This document shows positions 35,854 to 45,508 of a stretch of DNA of 64,000 bases, one piece after another. Every line of letters begins with the position of its first letter. Within the stretch, counting starts at the first letter, position 1. Both the position numbers and the translations under genes were made by a program. This DNA comes from a virus. Its lineage: Duplodnaviria > Caudoviricetes. The notes under the pieces are model-generated. The model did no database searches and was not told where the DNA came from. It worked only from the letters and a program-made list of their open reading frames with translations. The stretch is from positions 26,191 through 90,190 of IMG/VR virus record IMGVR_UViG_3300021387_000141, one strand, 5' to 3'.

Positions 35854-36768
35854 ATGCTGGATTTAGTACATACAGATATTTATCCCAATGATGAATTGAA
35901 ACATTGGGGTGTTTTAGGAATGAAATGGGGCATCCGGCGTTTTCAAAATCCAGATGGATCATTAACTCCTGAAGGAAGAGAAAGATATGGAGTTAAATCT
36001 GCTCATGAAGCCAGAAAATTATCTTATGCTAAAGAATATTTAGTATTAAAACAAAAGAAAAATAGAACAGAAAAAGAAAATGAACGACTTAAAATCCTTG
36101 AAAAAGGAAAAAAACATTTTGAAAGAAGTATTAATGATGCTGATTATTGGGAAAAAATGAAAGATAATTATAGCTTAGATGAATATGAAGACGCTTCACA
36201 GGCTTATCAACAATATTTTAATTCTACTAATTATGGTAAAGGCATGAATGAAGCTAAAGCTTTAATGAGCATTCCTACGACTATAATTGGGGCTGCAATA
36301 GATGCCGGTGCTATTTATGCACAATTTAATCTCGGTTCGCCGGTCGCTTTTTATGGTATTCCAACTGCTTTAGGACTTGGAATAGGTGCTAATATTGGTG
36401 AATCAAAATATGAAGAAAAGCATTTAGAAGAATTAAAGAAAGAATTAAATAGCAATAATACTAAAAATAAAAATTATGAGTTTGAAAAGCATATTGTTAA
36501 AAATCCTAAAAAAGAATTAAATGACTATCACAATAGGCTTGAAAAACGGAGAAAAAATTCAAATTCATCTTATTATCGTGATGCAACAGCTGTTAATTCA
36601 GCTGCTAAAAAGGCAATTGAAATAATAAATGAAGATAAAGCGTATTCAATGGTATTTTCAAACCCTAATTATTATTTAAATAACGGCCAATGGACATTTG
36701 AAGGTAAAACATATGGATCTGTAGATGGCCTTGTGAACGCTTTAATAAAAAGTGATGTTATAAAATAA
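35854..36768 (+). CDS. His-motif protein 3
   Basis: RBS AAGGAGG; ELKHWGVLGMKWGIRRFQNPDGSLT; central hydrophobic Gly-rich hairpin. Confidence 0.75.
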   Translation: MLDLVHTDIYPNDELKHWGVLGMKWGIRRFQNPDGSLTPEGRERYGVKSAHEARKLSYAKEYLVLKQKKNRTEKENERLKILEKGKKHFERSINDADYWEKMKDNYSLDEYEDASQAYQQYFNSTNYGKGMNEAKALMSIPTTIIGAAIDAGAIYAQFNLGSPVAFYGIPTALGLGIGANIGESKYEEKHLEELKKELNSNNTKNKNYEFEKHIVKNPKKELNDYHNRLEKRRKNSNSSYYRDATAVNSAAKKAIEIINEDKAYSMVFSNPNYYLNNGQWTFEGKTYGSVDGLVNALIKSDVIK

Positions 36769-36784
36769 ATCGGAGGAAATTCAT

Positions 36785-37609
36785 ATGTATAGTAATTATA
36801 TGTATAGTAATGCACCTGCATCCAGCCGCAGAGGTGGTGGATCCTGGGTTTATGTAAATGGAGAACTTTATCATTTTGGTATTAAAGGTATGAAATGGGG
36901 TGAACATCTTCCATTTACTGATTATTGGAAAGTTGGCAAGAATGCTTATGGCAATTATATGAAAAAAAACACAACAGTAGGATTTAATAAAGATGCTAAC
37001 GGTGTAATGACAACTTATAATAAAAAGCCTAGCAAGCTTAAAGCTTTTGGATATGCAGTCAATGCAGCTGGTACTTATGCTCGCAATCGAGCTCGTAATG
37101 ATATTCGTCGTGCTAAAGACGCCGCTATAAATAAACGTAATGCTATTAACCAGAACATTCGATATAAAACCACAGACCGATATTATAGTAATTTAAATAA
37201 TTTTTCAGAGGGCATGAAAAATATGCCGACGTCACATTTGGAAGAACGAATGGGGAAATTGCTAAATAGAGGCAATGATTATATTGAAGCTCTCAAACAG
37301 AATCCAAATAGCGGCATTGCAGTATTGAATTTGGCTATTAAAAATGCACAATTTAATGTACTGAATGGCATTAATAGTTTTCTTAAAAAAACAGGACTTG
37401 ATAAAAAAGTAGATAAATTCTTAAGCAAATTCTTGGGTGAATCCAATGCTGTTAAAAGTGCTCGCTTAGCTGAAAAATCTGCTAATTTACCAAAGATTGG
37501 ACCTACCAACACTCGGGGCTATGATCGTGCCGAAGCTGCTTCGCCAAGTTATACATTTGACACAAGAGTTAAACGAGCTGCTAAAAAACCTAAAGGTGTT
37601 TTAGTATAA
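36785..37609 (+). CDS. His-motif protein 4
   Basis: ELYHFGIKGMKWG; very basic. Confidence 0.75.
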   Translation: MYSNYMYSNAPASSRRGGGSWVYVNGELYHFGIKGMKWGEHLPFTDYWKVGKNAYGNYMKKNTTVGFNKDANGVMTTYNKKPSKLKAFGYAVNAAGTYARNRARNDIRRAKDAAINKRNAINQNIRYKTTDRYYSNLNNFSEGMKNMPTSHLEERMGKLLNRGNDYIEALKQNPNSGIAVLNLAIKNAQFNVLNGINSFLKKTGLDKKVDKFLSKFLGESNAVKSARLAEKSANLPKIGPTNTRGYDRAEAASPSYTFDTRVKRAAKKPKGVLV

Positions 37610-37632
37610 AAGATTAGGAAGAATAATTCAAA

Positions 37633-38901
37633 ATGGAGCTAACATTCACAGCCAGGCTGAAACAGGCCTGGAATGCTTTTTTAAATAACAAGGATCCGAC
37701 AATACCGGAGTACCGCGATATTGGAACATCATATGCAATTCGTCCAGATCGGCCCCGGCTGACTCCGGGGAATGAGCGCTCCATTATTACTTCGGTATTT
37801 AATCGGATTGCACTGGATGTGGCTTCGGTAAGAATCCGCCACATTCGTCAGGATGAAGAAGAACGCTATATTGAAACGATCGATTCCGGATTGAATAACT
37901 GCCTTTCACTGGAAGCAAATGTTGACCAGACCGGCAGGGCATTTATTCAGGATATTGTAATGTCCATGCTGGATGAAGGTGTTGTTGCAATTGTCCCGGT
38001 AGATACAACAATTGATCCGAGAAAAAACAATTCCTATGATATTCGTACCATGCGAACCGGAAAAATCATTGAATGGTATCCGCAGCATGTAAAAGTTCGT
38101 GTATATAATGACCGTCTTGGGCGTAAAGAAGAACTGATTCTTTCCAAGACGGTTGTTGGAATTGTTGAAAATCCGTTGTATGCGGTTATTAATGAACGAA
38201 ATTCAACCCTTCAGCGGTTGATCCGAAAACTGAACATTCTGGATGTTATTGATGAACAAAGCGGATCCGGAAAACTGGATCTGATTATTTCACTTCCTTA
38301 TACTGTAAAAACAGAAGCGCGGAAAGAGCAGGCCGAAAAGCGCCGGAAAGATATTGAAAAACAGCTTTCTGGTTCAAAATACGGCATTGCTTATACGGAT
38401 GGAACTGAAAAAATTACACAGTTAAATCGCACTGTAGAAAATAATCTGATGGGGCAGATCGAATACTTGACGAGTATGCTATACAGCCAGTTAGGGATAA
38501 ATCAGGCCGTATTGGATGGTTCTGCAGATCCGATGTCGCTGCAAAATTATAATAATCGTACCATCGAACCGATCCTTTCTGCAATTACCGATGAAATGAA
38601 GCGAAAGTTTTTAACAAAGACCGCCCGTACGCAAGGGCAGTCCATCAAATTCTTTGTTGATCCTTTCCGGTACGTGACCGTTACAGATTTAGCAAACAGC
38701 GCAGATGCGCTTGCCAGAAACGGTATTGTTGCGCCGAATGAATTCCGTCAGATCATTGGAATGAAGCCTTCGGAAGATCCAGATGCGGATATGCTGTACA
38801 ACCGGAATATGCCGCAGGAAGATCGTGAAATACCGGAAGAATATAGTGATGAATACGAAGAAATTCCGGAGCAGGAAGTTTCGGAAGAATCTTATCAATA
38901 A
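37633..38901 (+). CDS. Portal protein
   Basis: RIALDVAS, GKLDLII, TIEPI, NEFR..IG; position before protease-capsid. Confidence 0.9.
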   Translation: MELTFTARLKQAWNAFLNNKDPTIPEYRDIGTSYAIRPDRPRLTPGNERSIITSVFNRIALDVASVRIRHIRQDEEERYIETIDSGLNNCLSLEANVDQTGRAFIQDIVMSMLDEGVVAIVPVDTTIDPRKNNSYDIRTMRTGKIIEWYPQHVKVRVYNDRLGRKEELILSKTVVGIVENPLYAVINERNSTLQRLIRKLNILDVIDEQSGSGKLDLIISLPYTVKTEARKEQAEKRRKDIEKQLSGSKYGIAYTDGTEKITQLNRTVENNLMGQIEYLTSMLYSQLGINQAVLDGSADPMSLQNYNNRTIEPILSAITDEMKRKFLTKTARTQGQSIKFFVDPFRYVTVTDLANSADALARNGIVAPNEFRQIIGMKPSEDPDADMLYNRNMPQEDREIPEEYSDEYEEIPEQEVSEESYQ

Positions 38902-38951
38902 TTTTTTTAATTTCAAAATAGAACAAAAATTTTAAATACGAGGTGACGAGT

Positions 38952-41183
38952 ATGTCAGAAACCTATGATTTTTCAGGGTGGGCTACTCGGAACAATCTTC
39001 GTTGTTCAGATGGCCGCGTGATTATGCGCGATGCCTTCCGTGATAACGACGGAATGACCGTTCCGCTGGTATGGAACCACCAGCATAATGACCCGGATAA
39101 TGTTCTTGGGCATGCATTGCTTGAGAACCGTGATCAGGGTGTTTATGCCTATTGCAAATTTAATGATACCGAATCCGGAAGAAACGCCAAAATGCTGGTT
39201 GAGCATGGCGATGTTTCCGCGCTTTCGATTTACGCCAATAAGTTGAAACAGCAGGGATCCAATGTTCTTCATGGAGCGATCCGTGAAGTTTCTTTGGTCC
39301 TTGCCGGGGCCAATCCCGGTGCTTTTATTGATACCGTGATGGCTCACAATGATGGTGAAGATGAAGAAGCCATTATTTATAGTGGCGAAGAAATCGATTT
39401 TGCTCATGCCGACAAATCTTCAAATGATAGCGATGAAGAAGAAACGGTCGGTGATGTTTTTAATACCCTAAACGAAAAACAGAAAGCTGTTGTTTACGCA
39501 ATGATCGGGGAAGCTCTTCGTGATGGCGCTACTTCTCAGGAAGACGATGACGAAGAAGAGGATGAACCCGAGGAAGAAAACGTAAAGCACAGTGACGACG
39601 AAGGAGAAGAAGATATGGCTGGAGACGCTACTGTCCAGGATGTTCTGGACTCAATGAATGAAGAACAAAAAGCAGTAATGTATGCATTAATCGGTCAGGC
39701 TTTGAGCGATGCCGAGGGAGATGATGAAGTGAAGCATAATGTTTTTGATAATGATTATGACTATGGTTATGATGAATATGATGATGTTCTTTCCCATAGC
39801 GATATGGAAGAGATCTTTGAAGACGCCCGCCGTAGCGGAAGCCTGAAAGATGCTTTCCTGGCTCATGGTATTGACAATATTGATTATCTGTTCCCGGATG
39901 ATCAGAACGCCACAAACGAACCTATTTTCATTAAACGTGAAGATAGCTGGGTTCAGAAAGTTATGGGAGGTGTTCATCACACCCCGTTCAGCCGTGTGAA
40001 GTCTTTGTTTGCTGATATTACTGCAGATGAAGCCCGTGCCCGGGGTTATATGAAGGGGAACCTGAAGAAGGATGAAGTCTTCAGTCTGCTCCGCCGTTCT
40101 ACCGGCCCGACAACTGTTTATAAGAAACAGAAGATCGATCGTGATGATCAGATTGATATTACTGATTTTAATGTGGTTGCCTGGATGAAGAAAGAAATGC
40201 GCCAGATGCTGGACGAGGAACTTGCCCGTGCTTACCTGATCGGTGACGGCCGTATTTCCTCTTCCGATGACAAGATCAATGAAGACTGCATCCGCCCGAT
40301 CTGGAAAGACGCTGATCTTTTCACCGTGAAATACCCGATCGCGATCCCTGCGAACGCCACGGATGATCAGAAGGCGAAAGCTTTCATTAAGGGCTGTGTC
40401 AAGTCCCGAAAGCTGTATAAGGGTTCCGGTAATCCGACAATGTTTACCACTGAAGATATGCTGACTGCTATGCTGATGCTGGAAGACCTGAATGGCCGTT
40501 TCATCTATGAATCTGTTGACAAACTCGCTCAGGTCCTGCGCTGCAAGGAAATCGTTACCGTTCCGGTTATGGAAGGTAAGTCCCGCTATGATAAGTCCAA
40601 TAATGAACTGATCCTTGCCGGTATTTACGTTAACCTGGAAGACTACAATGTTGGTGCTGATCAGGGCGGTTCTGTCAATATGTTCGACGATTTCGATATT
40701 GACTTCAACGCTCAGAAGTACCTGATCGAAACCCGCTGCTCCGGTGCGATGACCGTTCCTTTCGGCGCCGTTGCGCTTGAATTCTATGTCGGCAATGGCC
40801 TGACCCTGTCCGTTGAAGGCGCTGATCCTGAAGATGAATATCTCGGTAAGGCTGTTTCCGATCTTCAGTCCAACATAAATGTAAATGATGATTATATTTC
40901 CGGTACCCTGCATTATGTTGACAACTATACCGGTTTCAGTGATGTAGTCCGTGAACAGTCCGGTAACTATATTGCCTTGTCATTCGAAGCCGAAACCGGT
41001 TCCACGACCACGGTTGAACTTGTCGGCAGCAAGGCGGGTCCTGTCACCCTTGATTCTGATATGACCTGGGTCGGCCGTATTACGAATCCGGAAACTCAGA
41101 CAATTCGTGTGATCACGACCAAGAACGGCGCGAAGGTCACTAAGGTCTTTGGCTTGAATCGTCTGGTTTGCGAACGGGAATAA
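38952..41183 (+). CDS. Prohead protease - acidic scaffold - major capsid - Ig-like fusion
   Basis: Protease PLVWNH, LSIYA, EVSLVLAGANPGA; acidic linker; HK97-like capsid segment (DEELARAYLIGDGR); beta-rich C-terminus. Confidence 0.85.
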   Translation: MSETYDFSGWATRNNLRCSDGRVIMRDAFRDNDGMTVPLVWNHQHNDPDNVLGHALLENRDQGVYAYCKFNDTESGRNAKMLVEHGDVSALSIYANKLKQQGSNVLHGAIREVSLVLAGANPGAFIDTVMAHNDGEDEEAIIYSGEEIDFAHADKSSNDSDEEETVGDVFNTLNEKQKAVVYAMIGEALRDGATSQEDDDEEEDEPEEENVKHSDDEGEEDMAGDATVQDVLDSMNEEQKAVMYALIGQALSDAEGDDEVKHNVFDNDYDYGYDEYDDVLSHSDMEEIFEDARRSGSLKDAFLAHGIDNIDYLFPDDQNATNEPIFIKREDSWVQKVMGGVHHTPFSRVKSLFADITADEARARGYMKGNLKKDEVFSLLRRSTGPTTVYKKQKIDRDDQIDITDFNVVAWMKKEMRQMLDEELARAYLIGDGRISSSDDKINEDCIRPIWKDADLFTVKYPIAIPANATDDQKAKAFIKGCVKSRKLYKGSGNPTMFTTEDMLTAMLMLEDLNGRFIYESVDKLAQVLRCKEIVTVPVMEGKSRYDKSNNELILAGIYVNLEDYNVGADQGGSVNMFDDFDIDFNAQKYLIETRCSGAMTVPFGAVALEFYVGNGLTLSVEGADPEDEYLGKAVSDLQSNINVNDDYISGTLHYVDNYTGFSDVVREQSGNYIALSFEAETGSTTTVELVGSKAGPVTLDSDMTWVGRITNPETQTIRVITTKNGAKVTKVFGLNRLVCERE

Positions 41184-41202
41184 TCAACAATAATTTTTCA
41201 AA

Positions 41203-41517
41203 ATGGCAAGATACTGTGGAAAAATAGGTTTTGCCGTTCAGAAAAATACAGATCCCGGTGTTTGGGTCGATGATATCACAGAACGTACATATTACGGAGA
41301 TGTGATTCATAACAGCCGCCGTTTACAGACTTCGGGAAATCTGAATGATGATGTTGAGATTTCAAATCGTTTGAGCATTATTGGAAACCCCTATGCTTAT
41401 GAAAATTTTCATAATATGCGTTATGCAGTGTATATGGGATCCAAATGGAAGGTCACAGAAGTCGAGGTGCAATATCCTCGACTTATTTTATCTTTAGGAG
41501 GGCTCTATAATGGATGA
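41203..41517 (+). CDS. Head closure/adaptor protein
   Basis: PGVWVD..YYGD..KWKV..VEVQYPRLIL; position. Confidence 0.7.
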   Translation: MARYCGKIGFAVQKNTDPGVWVDDITERTYYGDVIHNSRRLQTSGNLNDDVEISNRLSIIGNPYAYENFHNMRYAVYMGSKWKVTEVEVQYPRLILSLGGLYNG

Positions 41518-41839
41518 CTCAAAAGATATTTACAAAGAGCGAAGAATAGAACTGAACCGGATATTTGAAAAAATCCTGGGCAGCAGTAATGTCTATTTTC
41601 AGCCGCCTTCCAATGTTCGAATGAGATACCCGGCAATTGTATATACCCGCATTGGCATCGAACCGATCCGTGCGGATAACGGAGTTTATAAAATGACTCC
41701 AGAATACGAAGTGGTTGTGATTGATCCTGATCCGGACAGTGCTTATGTTTTTCAAGTAGCACAACTGCCGTTATGCCGGCATACCCGGCATTATGAACAG
41801 GACAATCTCAACCATGATGCTTTTCAAATTTATTACTAA
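41510..41839 (+). CDS. Tail terminator/completion protein
   Basis: NVYFQPP..MRYPAIVY; position before the major tail gene. Confidence 0.7.
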   Translation: MDDSKDIYKERRIELNRIFEKILGSSNVYFQPPSNVRMRYPAIVYTRIGIEPIRADNGVYKMTPEYEVVVIDPDPDSAYVFQVAQLPLCRHTRHYEQDNLNHDAFQIYY

Positions 41840-41877
41840 CTATGGATGAAATATCCAATATATAAGGAGAACTGAAT

Positions 41878-42549
41878 ATGTCTAAACTTGTATGGGATAC
41901 TACTGGTGATCGTACTTATGAAACTGGTTTGAACCATGGGGTTCTCTACCCCATTAATGCCTCCGGCGCTTATACTCCGGGCGTTGCCTGGAACGGTCTT
42001 TCTTCTGTCAGCGAAAGTCCGTCCGGTGCTGAAGCGAATGCTATCTATGCGGATAACATTAAATATCTGAACCTCTATTCTGCTGAGGAATTTGGTGCAA
42101 CGATCGAAGCTTACACTTACCCGGATGAATGGGCTCAGTGTGATGGTTCCGCTAACCTGGCTGATGGCGTCATTCTTGGCCAGCAGGACCGTAAGACCTT
42201 TGGTCTTTGCTATCGTACCGTTCTGGGTAATGATACTGAAGGTGATTCTCATGGTTATAAGCTGCATCTGATCTATGGTGCTAAGGCTTCTCCGTCCGAA
42301 CGTCAGTATCAGACGATCAATGACTCCCCTGAAGCAATTACCTTCAGCTGGGAAATTTCTACCACCCCGATCAATGTCACCGGTCATAAGCCTGTTTCCT
42401 GTATCACGATCGATAGCACCAAAGCGAATGCGACGAAGCTCGCCGCTCTTGAAGCGATCCTTTATGGTTCTGACGGCACTGAAGGCGGTACCGGTACTGA
42501 TCCTCGTCTGCCTCTTCCGGATGAAATCGCTACCATTTTTTCTGAATAA
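41878..42549 (+). CDS. Major tail tube protein
   Basis: MSKLVWD..YETG..GV, YADNIKY, YKLHLIYGA, FSWE. Confidence 0.88.
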   Translation: MSKLVWDTTGDRTYETGLNHGVLYPINASGAYTPGVAWNGLSSVSESPSGAEANAIYADNIKYLNLYSAEEFGATIEAYTYPDEWAQCDGSANLADGVILGQQDRKTFGLCYRTVLGNDTEGDSHGYKLHLIYGAKASPSERQYQTINDSPEAITFSWEISTTPINVTGHKPVSCITIDSTKANATKLAALEAILYGSDGTEGGTGTDPRLPLPDEIATIFSE

Positions 42550-42563
42550 TTAAGTCAAAAAAT

Positions 42564-42600
42564 AAGGAGCCTCAATAAAAGGGGCTCCTTTTTTATTTTT
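42564..42600 (+). terminator. Intrinsic terminator
   Basis: AAGGAGCC/GGCTCCTT stem plus T-run. Confidence 0.75.
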
Positions 42601-42626
42601 ATATAACGAAAGGAACAAAAAAACCT

Positions 42627-43040
42627 ATGCTTAAGAAACGTATTAAATATATTGACTATAACGGAAATTCTCGTGAAGAAGATTTTTATTTCAACCTTTC
42701 CAAGGCTGAAATCATGGAAATGGAAATGAGCACCACCGGCGGACTTACGGAAATGATCACCCGTATTGTTGAAACTCAGGACGCTCCGTCGATTATTAAA
42801 GTCTTCAAAGAGATCATCATGAAGGCTTATGGTGAGAAAAGTCCTGATGGCAAACGGTTTATTAAGAGCCAGGAATTGTCTGAATCTTTTGCTCAGACAG
42901 AAGCTTATTCTGAACTGTTTATGGAGCTTGCTTCGGATTCCGATGCTGCTTCTAAATTCGTAAACGGTATTATCCCCGCCGATATGGCTCGTGAAGTTGA
43001 AAAGCAGCAGCAACAGGCTTCACTTCCTACCGCCGGGTAA
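42627..43040 (+). CDS. Tail assembly chaperone
   Basis: FYFNLSKAE, AYGEKSPDGKRFIKS; position. Confidence 0.75.
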   Translation: MLKKRIKYIDYNGNSREEDFYFNLSKAEIMEMEMSTTGGLTEMITRIVETQDAPSIIKVFKEIIMKAYGEKSPDGKRFIKSQELSESFAQTEAYSELFMELASDSDAASKFVNGIIPADMAREVEKQQQQASLPTAG

Positions 43041-43057
43041 GAAAGCAGAGAGAATAA

Positions 43058-43597
43058 ATGCTTCAATTGATTATAAAACCTCGTGAAGAATGGAATGAAA
43101 GACGTCAGGAATTTATTTACACAAAGGGTCATACACTTCAACTGGAGCATTCACTTGTCTCTATTTCAAAATGGGAAGCAAAATGGTGCAAACCTTTTTT
43201 GTCAAAAGATCAAAAAACTTATGATGAAACTATGGATTATATCCGCTGCATGACTTTGACACAAAATGTGGATCCGAGTGTTTATAAACTTTTGACAAGA
43301 GAAAATATTGAAAGCGTTAATCAGTATATAGAAGCTCCGATGACGGCTACTTTCGTTCGGGAAACACCCGGACCGAAAAGCCATGAAGTGATCACGTCGG
43401 AGCTTATCTATTATTGGATGATTTCTTATCAGATTCCATTTGAATGCCAAAAGTGGCATTTAAATCGTTTACTGACTTTGATTCGTGTTTGCTCCATAAA
43501 GAATCAGCCTCCCAAAAAGCAGAGTAAGCGAGACATAATGAGCCGGAATGCCGCATTAAACGCAGCACGAAGACAACAATTGAACACGAAAGGGTGA
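43058..43597 (+). CDS. Second tail assembly chaperone-like protein
   Basis: LEHSLVSISKWE, ITSELIYYWM, WHLNRLLTLI. Confidence 0.7.
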   Translation: MLQLIIKPREEWNERRQEFIYTKGHTLQLEHSLVSISKWEAKWCKPFLSKDQKTYDETMDYIRCMTLTQNVDPSVYKLLTRENIESVNQYIEAPMTATFVRETPGPKSHEVITSELIYYWMISYQIPFECQKWHLNRLLTLIRVCSIKNQPPKKQSKRDIMSRNAALNAARRQQLNTKG

Positions 43598-43607
43598 TTC
43601 CGGAATT

Positions 43608-43958
43608 ATGGATATTACAGCTATAGATAACAGGGTGGTTTTATTTATCGGTGCGGCAGCAATTGCCTGCATTCTGTGGTTTTTGAAATGGTTTATACAA
43701 AAAACCCTTACCGTACAGTTTGATAAAATGTCAGCAGTTAATGCTGAACGTCAAAAGGAACGTGAGCAGGATCAGTTTCTTGCTTTTCGGGGGCAGCAGG
43801 TCACAAACGACTGTCTGCATGAATTGATATATGCTGTACTGAACGGGACTCATAACGGAGGCCTCGAAAAAGCAAATGTGGAGCTTGAAAAGTTCCGAAC
43901 GCTTACAAATAAAAATATTGCAGAAAAAGCCGCCAAATGGAATATTAATATTGATTAG
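43608..43958 (+). CDS. Membrane protein of the lysis cassette
   Basis: One N-terminal TM helix; precedes the holin. Confidence 0.65.
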   Translation: MDITAIDNRVVLFIGAAAIACILWFLKWFIQKTLTVQFDKMSAVNAERQKEREQDQFLAFRGQQVTNDCLHELIYAVLNGTHNGGLEKANVELEKFRTLTNKNIAEKAAKWNINID

Positions 43959-43973
43959 CTAAGGAGGGGATTT

Positions 43974-44354
43974 ATGGAACTTTTTAGCAAAATTTTACAG
44001 GCTATTCTTGAAGTAGCGCTTCCGATCCTGGTTACATCCGCTGCAGGATGGATGATCGGAAAATGTATTGAGATTTTTAAAAAAGTAAAGGATAAAAATC
44101 CGGAACTTTATGAAATCATGAATGTGATTTCGAAAAAAGCAGTTGAAGCCGCTGAACAGATTTTTGGCGGTGGAAAAGGCGATGCCAAGCTGGATTATGC
44201 AAAAAAGATTGTTCAGAAATATCTTGAAGCTAAAGGCATCACACTGGATCTGGATGTGATTCAGGCTTATATTGAAGCTGCTGTAAAAGAGCTGAAATAT
44301 GAAGGCAAAGAACTCCCGGTCTATTCTGAAAATAATTCATCGGCGGTAAAATGA
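43974..44354 (+). CDS. Holin (LL-H-like)
   Basis: N-terminal TM; AVEAAEQ..GKGDAKLDYA..IEAAV. Confidence 0.8.
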   Translation: MELFSKILQAILEVALPILVTSAAGWMIGKCIEIFKKVKDKNPELYEIMNVISKKAVEAAEQIFGGGKGDAKLDYAKKIVQKYLEAKGITLDLDVIQAYIEAAVKELKYEGKELPVYSENNSSAVK

Positions 44355-45013
44355 CTTACAGGCAGCCTTTTTCAGGAGAATGGCCTATCAGTCAGTTTTA
44401 TGGAGAAACCATTACTTCTTCTTTTCATACAGGAATTGATTACGCGTGTCCTCTCGGAACCGCTATTCTGGCGTCTTCTGATGGTGTAATTCGGTATTCC
44501 GCATTTGATCAAACGGGATATGGATATTGTGTGATTATTGAGCATGATCTGACCCATTCTACTTTATATGCTCATTTGAGCGCTTTACGTTTTATGACTG
44601 TAGGAAAGAAAGTGGAACAGGGGGAAGTGATCGGTTACTCCGGTAATTCCGGCAACTCGACCGGCCCGCATCTTCATTTCGAAGCCCGATCAGTTTGGAA
44701 TGATTATCGTTCGCATTTTAATCCGATGAATCTTCCCTTGATGAGTGTGGATGATACTGCCGGTTTTTATAATCCGCCAAAATCTTTAAAGGGAGCTGAG
44801 GATCTGAAATCTTCGGTTTATGTGTCTGCTCCGGCAGGTGTTTTTGGGCATAATCGGGATTTTACTTCCAAAAAAGTGTTTTTGTATGGAACGCCTTTGA
44901 CTTTTACCGGAAAAACGATCGAAAAGAACGGTTTGATATTCTGTGAATGTCAGGATACTGTTTGGATTGCGGTAAATGATGGTGAAACTCAGCTTCTGGA
45001 TAATCTTGAATAG
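44351..45013 (+). CDS. M23 peptidase endolysin with C-terminal binding domain
   Basis: HTGID, TLYAHL, GNSTGPHLHFE. Confidence 0.88.
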   Translation: MTYRQPFSGEWPISQFYGETITSSFHTGIDYACPLGTAILASSDGVIRYSAFDQTGYGYCVIIEHDLTHSTLYAHLSALRFMTVGKKVEQGEVIGYSGNSGNSTGPHLHFEARSVWNDYRSHFNPMNLPLMSVDDTAGFYNPPKSLKGAEDLKSSVYVSAPAGVFGHNRDFTSKKVFLYGTPLTFTGKTIEKNGLIFCECQDTVWIAVNDGETQLLDNLE

Positions 45014-45017
45014 TAAT

Positions 45018-45075
45018 TAAAAACGGCTTGTGAACTTCATAAAATCGTGAAATTTACAAGTCGTTTTAATTTTTT
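45018..45075. terminator. Long hairpin after the endolysin
   Basis: AAAACGGCTTGTGAA ... TTTACAAGTCGTTTT. Confidence 0.55.
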
Positions 45076-45116
45076 AAAATTTTCATATAGATAAAGTTAT
45101 GTGTTGTTGAGGTCAT

Positions 45117-45494
45117 ATGATTAAATTTCGGCAAAAAGGTAATTTTTTAAAGCTGACGAATTATTTTGAGAAAGTTAAAGAAAAAGTAAATTTTGGAATT
45201 TTAGACAAATACGGGCAAAAAGGGGTTGAAGCTTTAAAGTCCGTTACACCGGTGCGTACCGGAAAGACCCGGGATTCATGGTATTACCAGATTGAGCATG
45301 AAAAAGATTCTGTAACGATCCGGTTTTTAAACTCAAATATTCAAAATGGTCAGAATATCGCGATTATTCTGGATACCGGGCATGGTACCCGTGGCGGCGG
45401 ATGGGTCGCCGGGCTTCATTATATTGAACCGACGATTCGCCCGATATTTGAAGAAATGGCCGAAGAATCCTGGAAAGAAATAAAAGATTTATGA
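45117..45494 (+). CDS. HK97 gp10-like neck/tail protein
   Basis: TPVRTGKT..SW, GHGT..GG...G..YIEP. Confidence 0.8.
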   Translation: MIKFRQKGNFLKLTNYFEKVKEKVNFGILDKYGQKGVEALKSVTPVRTGKTRDSWYYQIEHEKDSVTIRFLNSNIQNGQNIAIILDTGHGTRGGGWVAGLHYIEPTIRPIFEEMAEESWKEIKDL

Positions 45495-45508
45495 TAAATC
45501 ACGATCTG

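Noticed and set aside
39687-40913. 408-aa minus-strand ORF
   Set aside because: Shadow of the capsid gene; the same applies to 2354-3130, 12590-13480, 56634-57515 and other overlapping antisense ORFs
43000-43060. Programmed -1 frameshift joining the tail chaperones
   Set aside because: The second gene is in the -1 frame, but an in-frame TAA (43055-43057) directly precedes its ATG and I saw no slippery heptamer
45055-45080. Twelfth promoter copy (TCGTGAAATTTACAAGTCGTTTTAAT)
   Set aside because: TCGT and CGT mismatches, spacing off by one, and it forms the arm of a terminator hairpin
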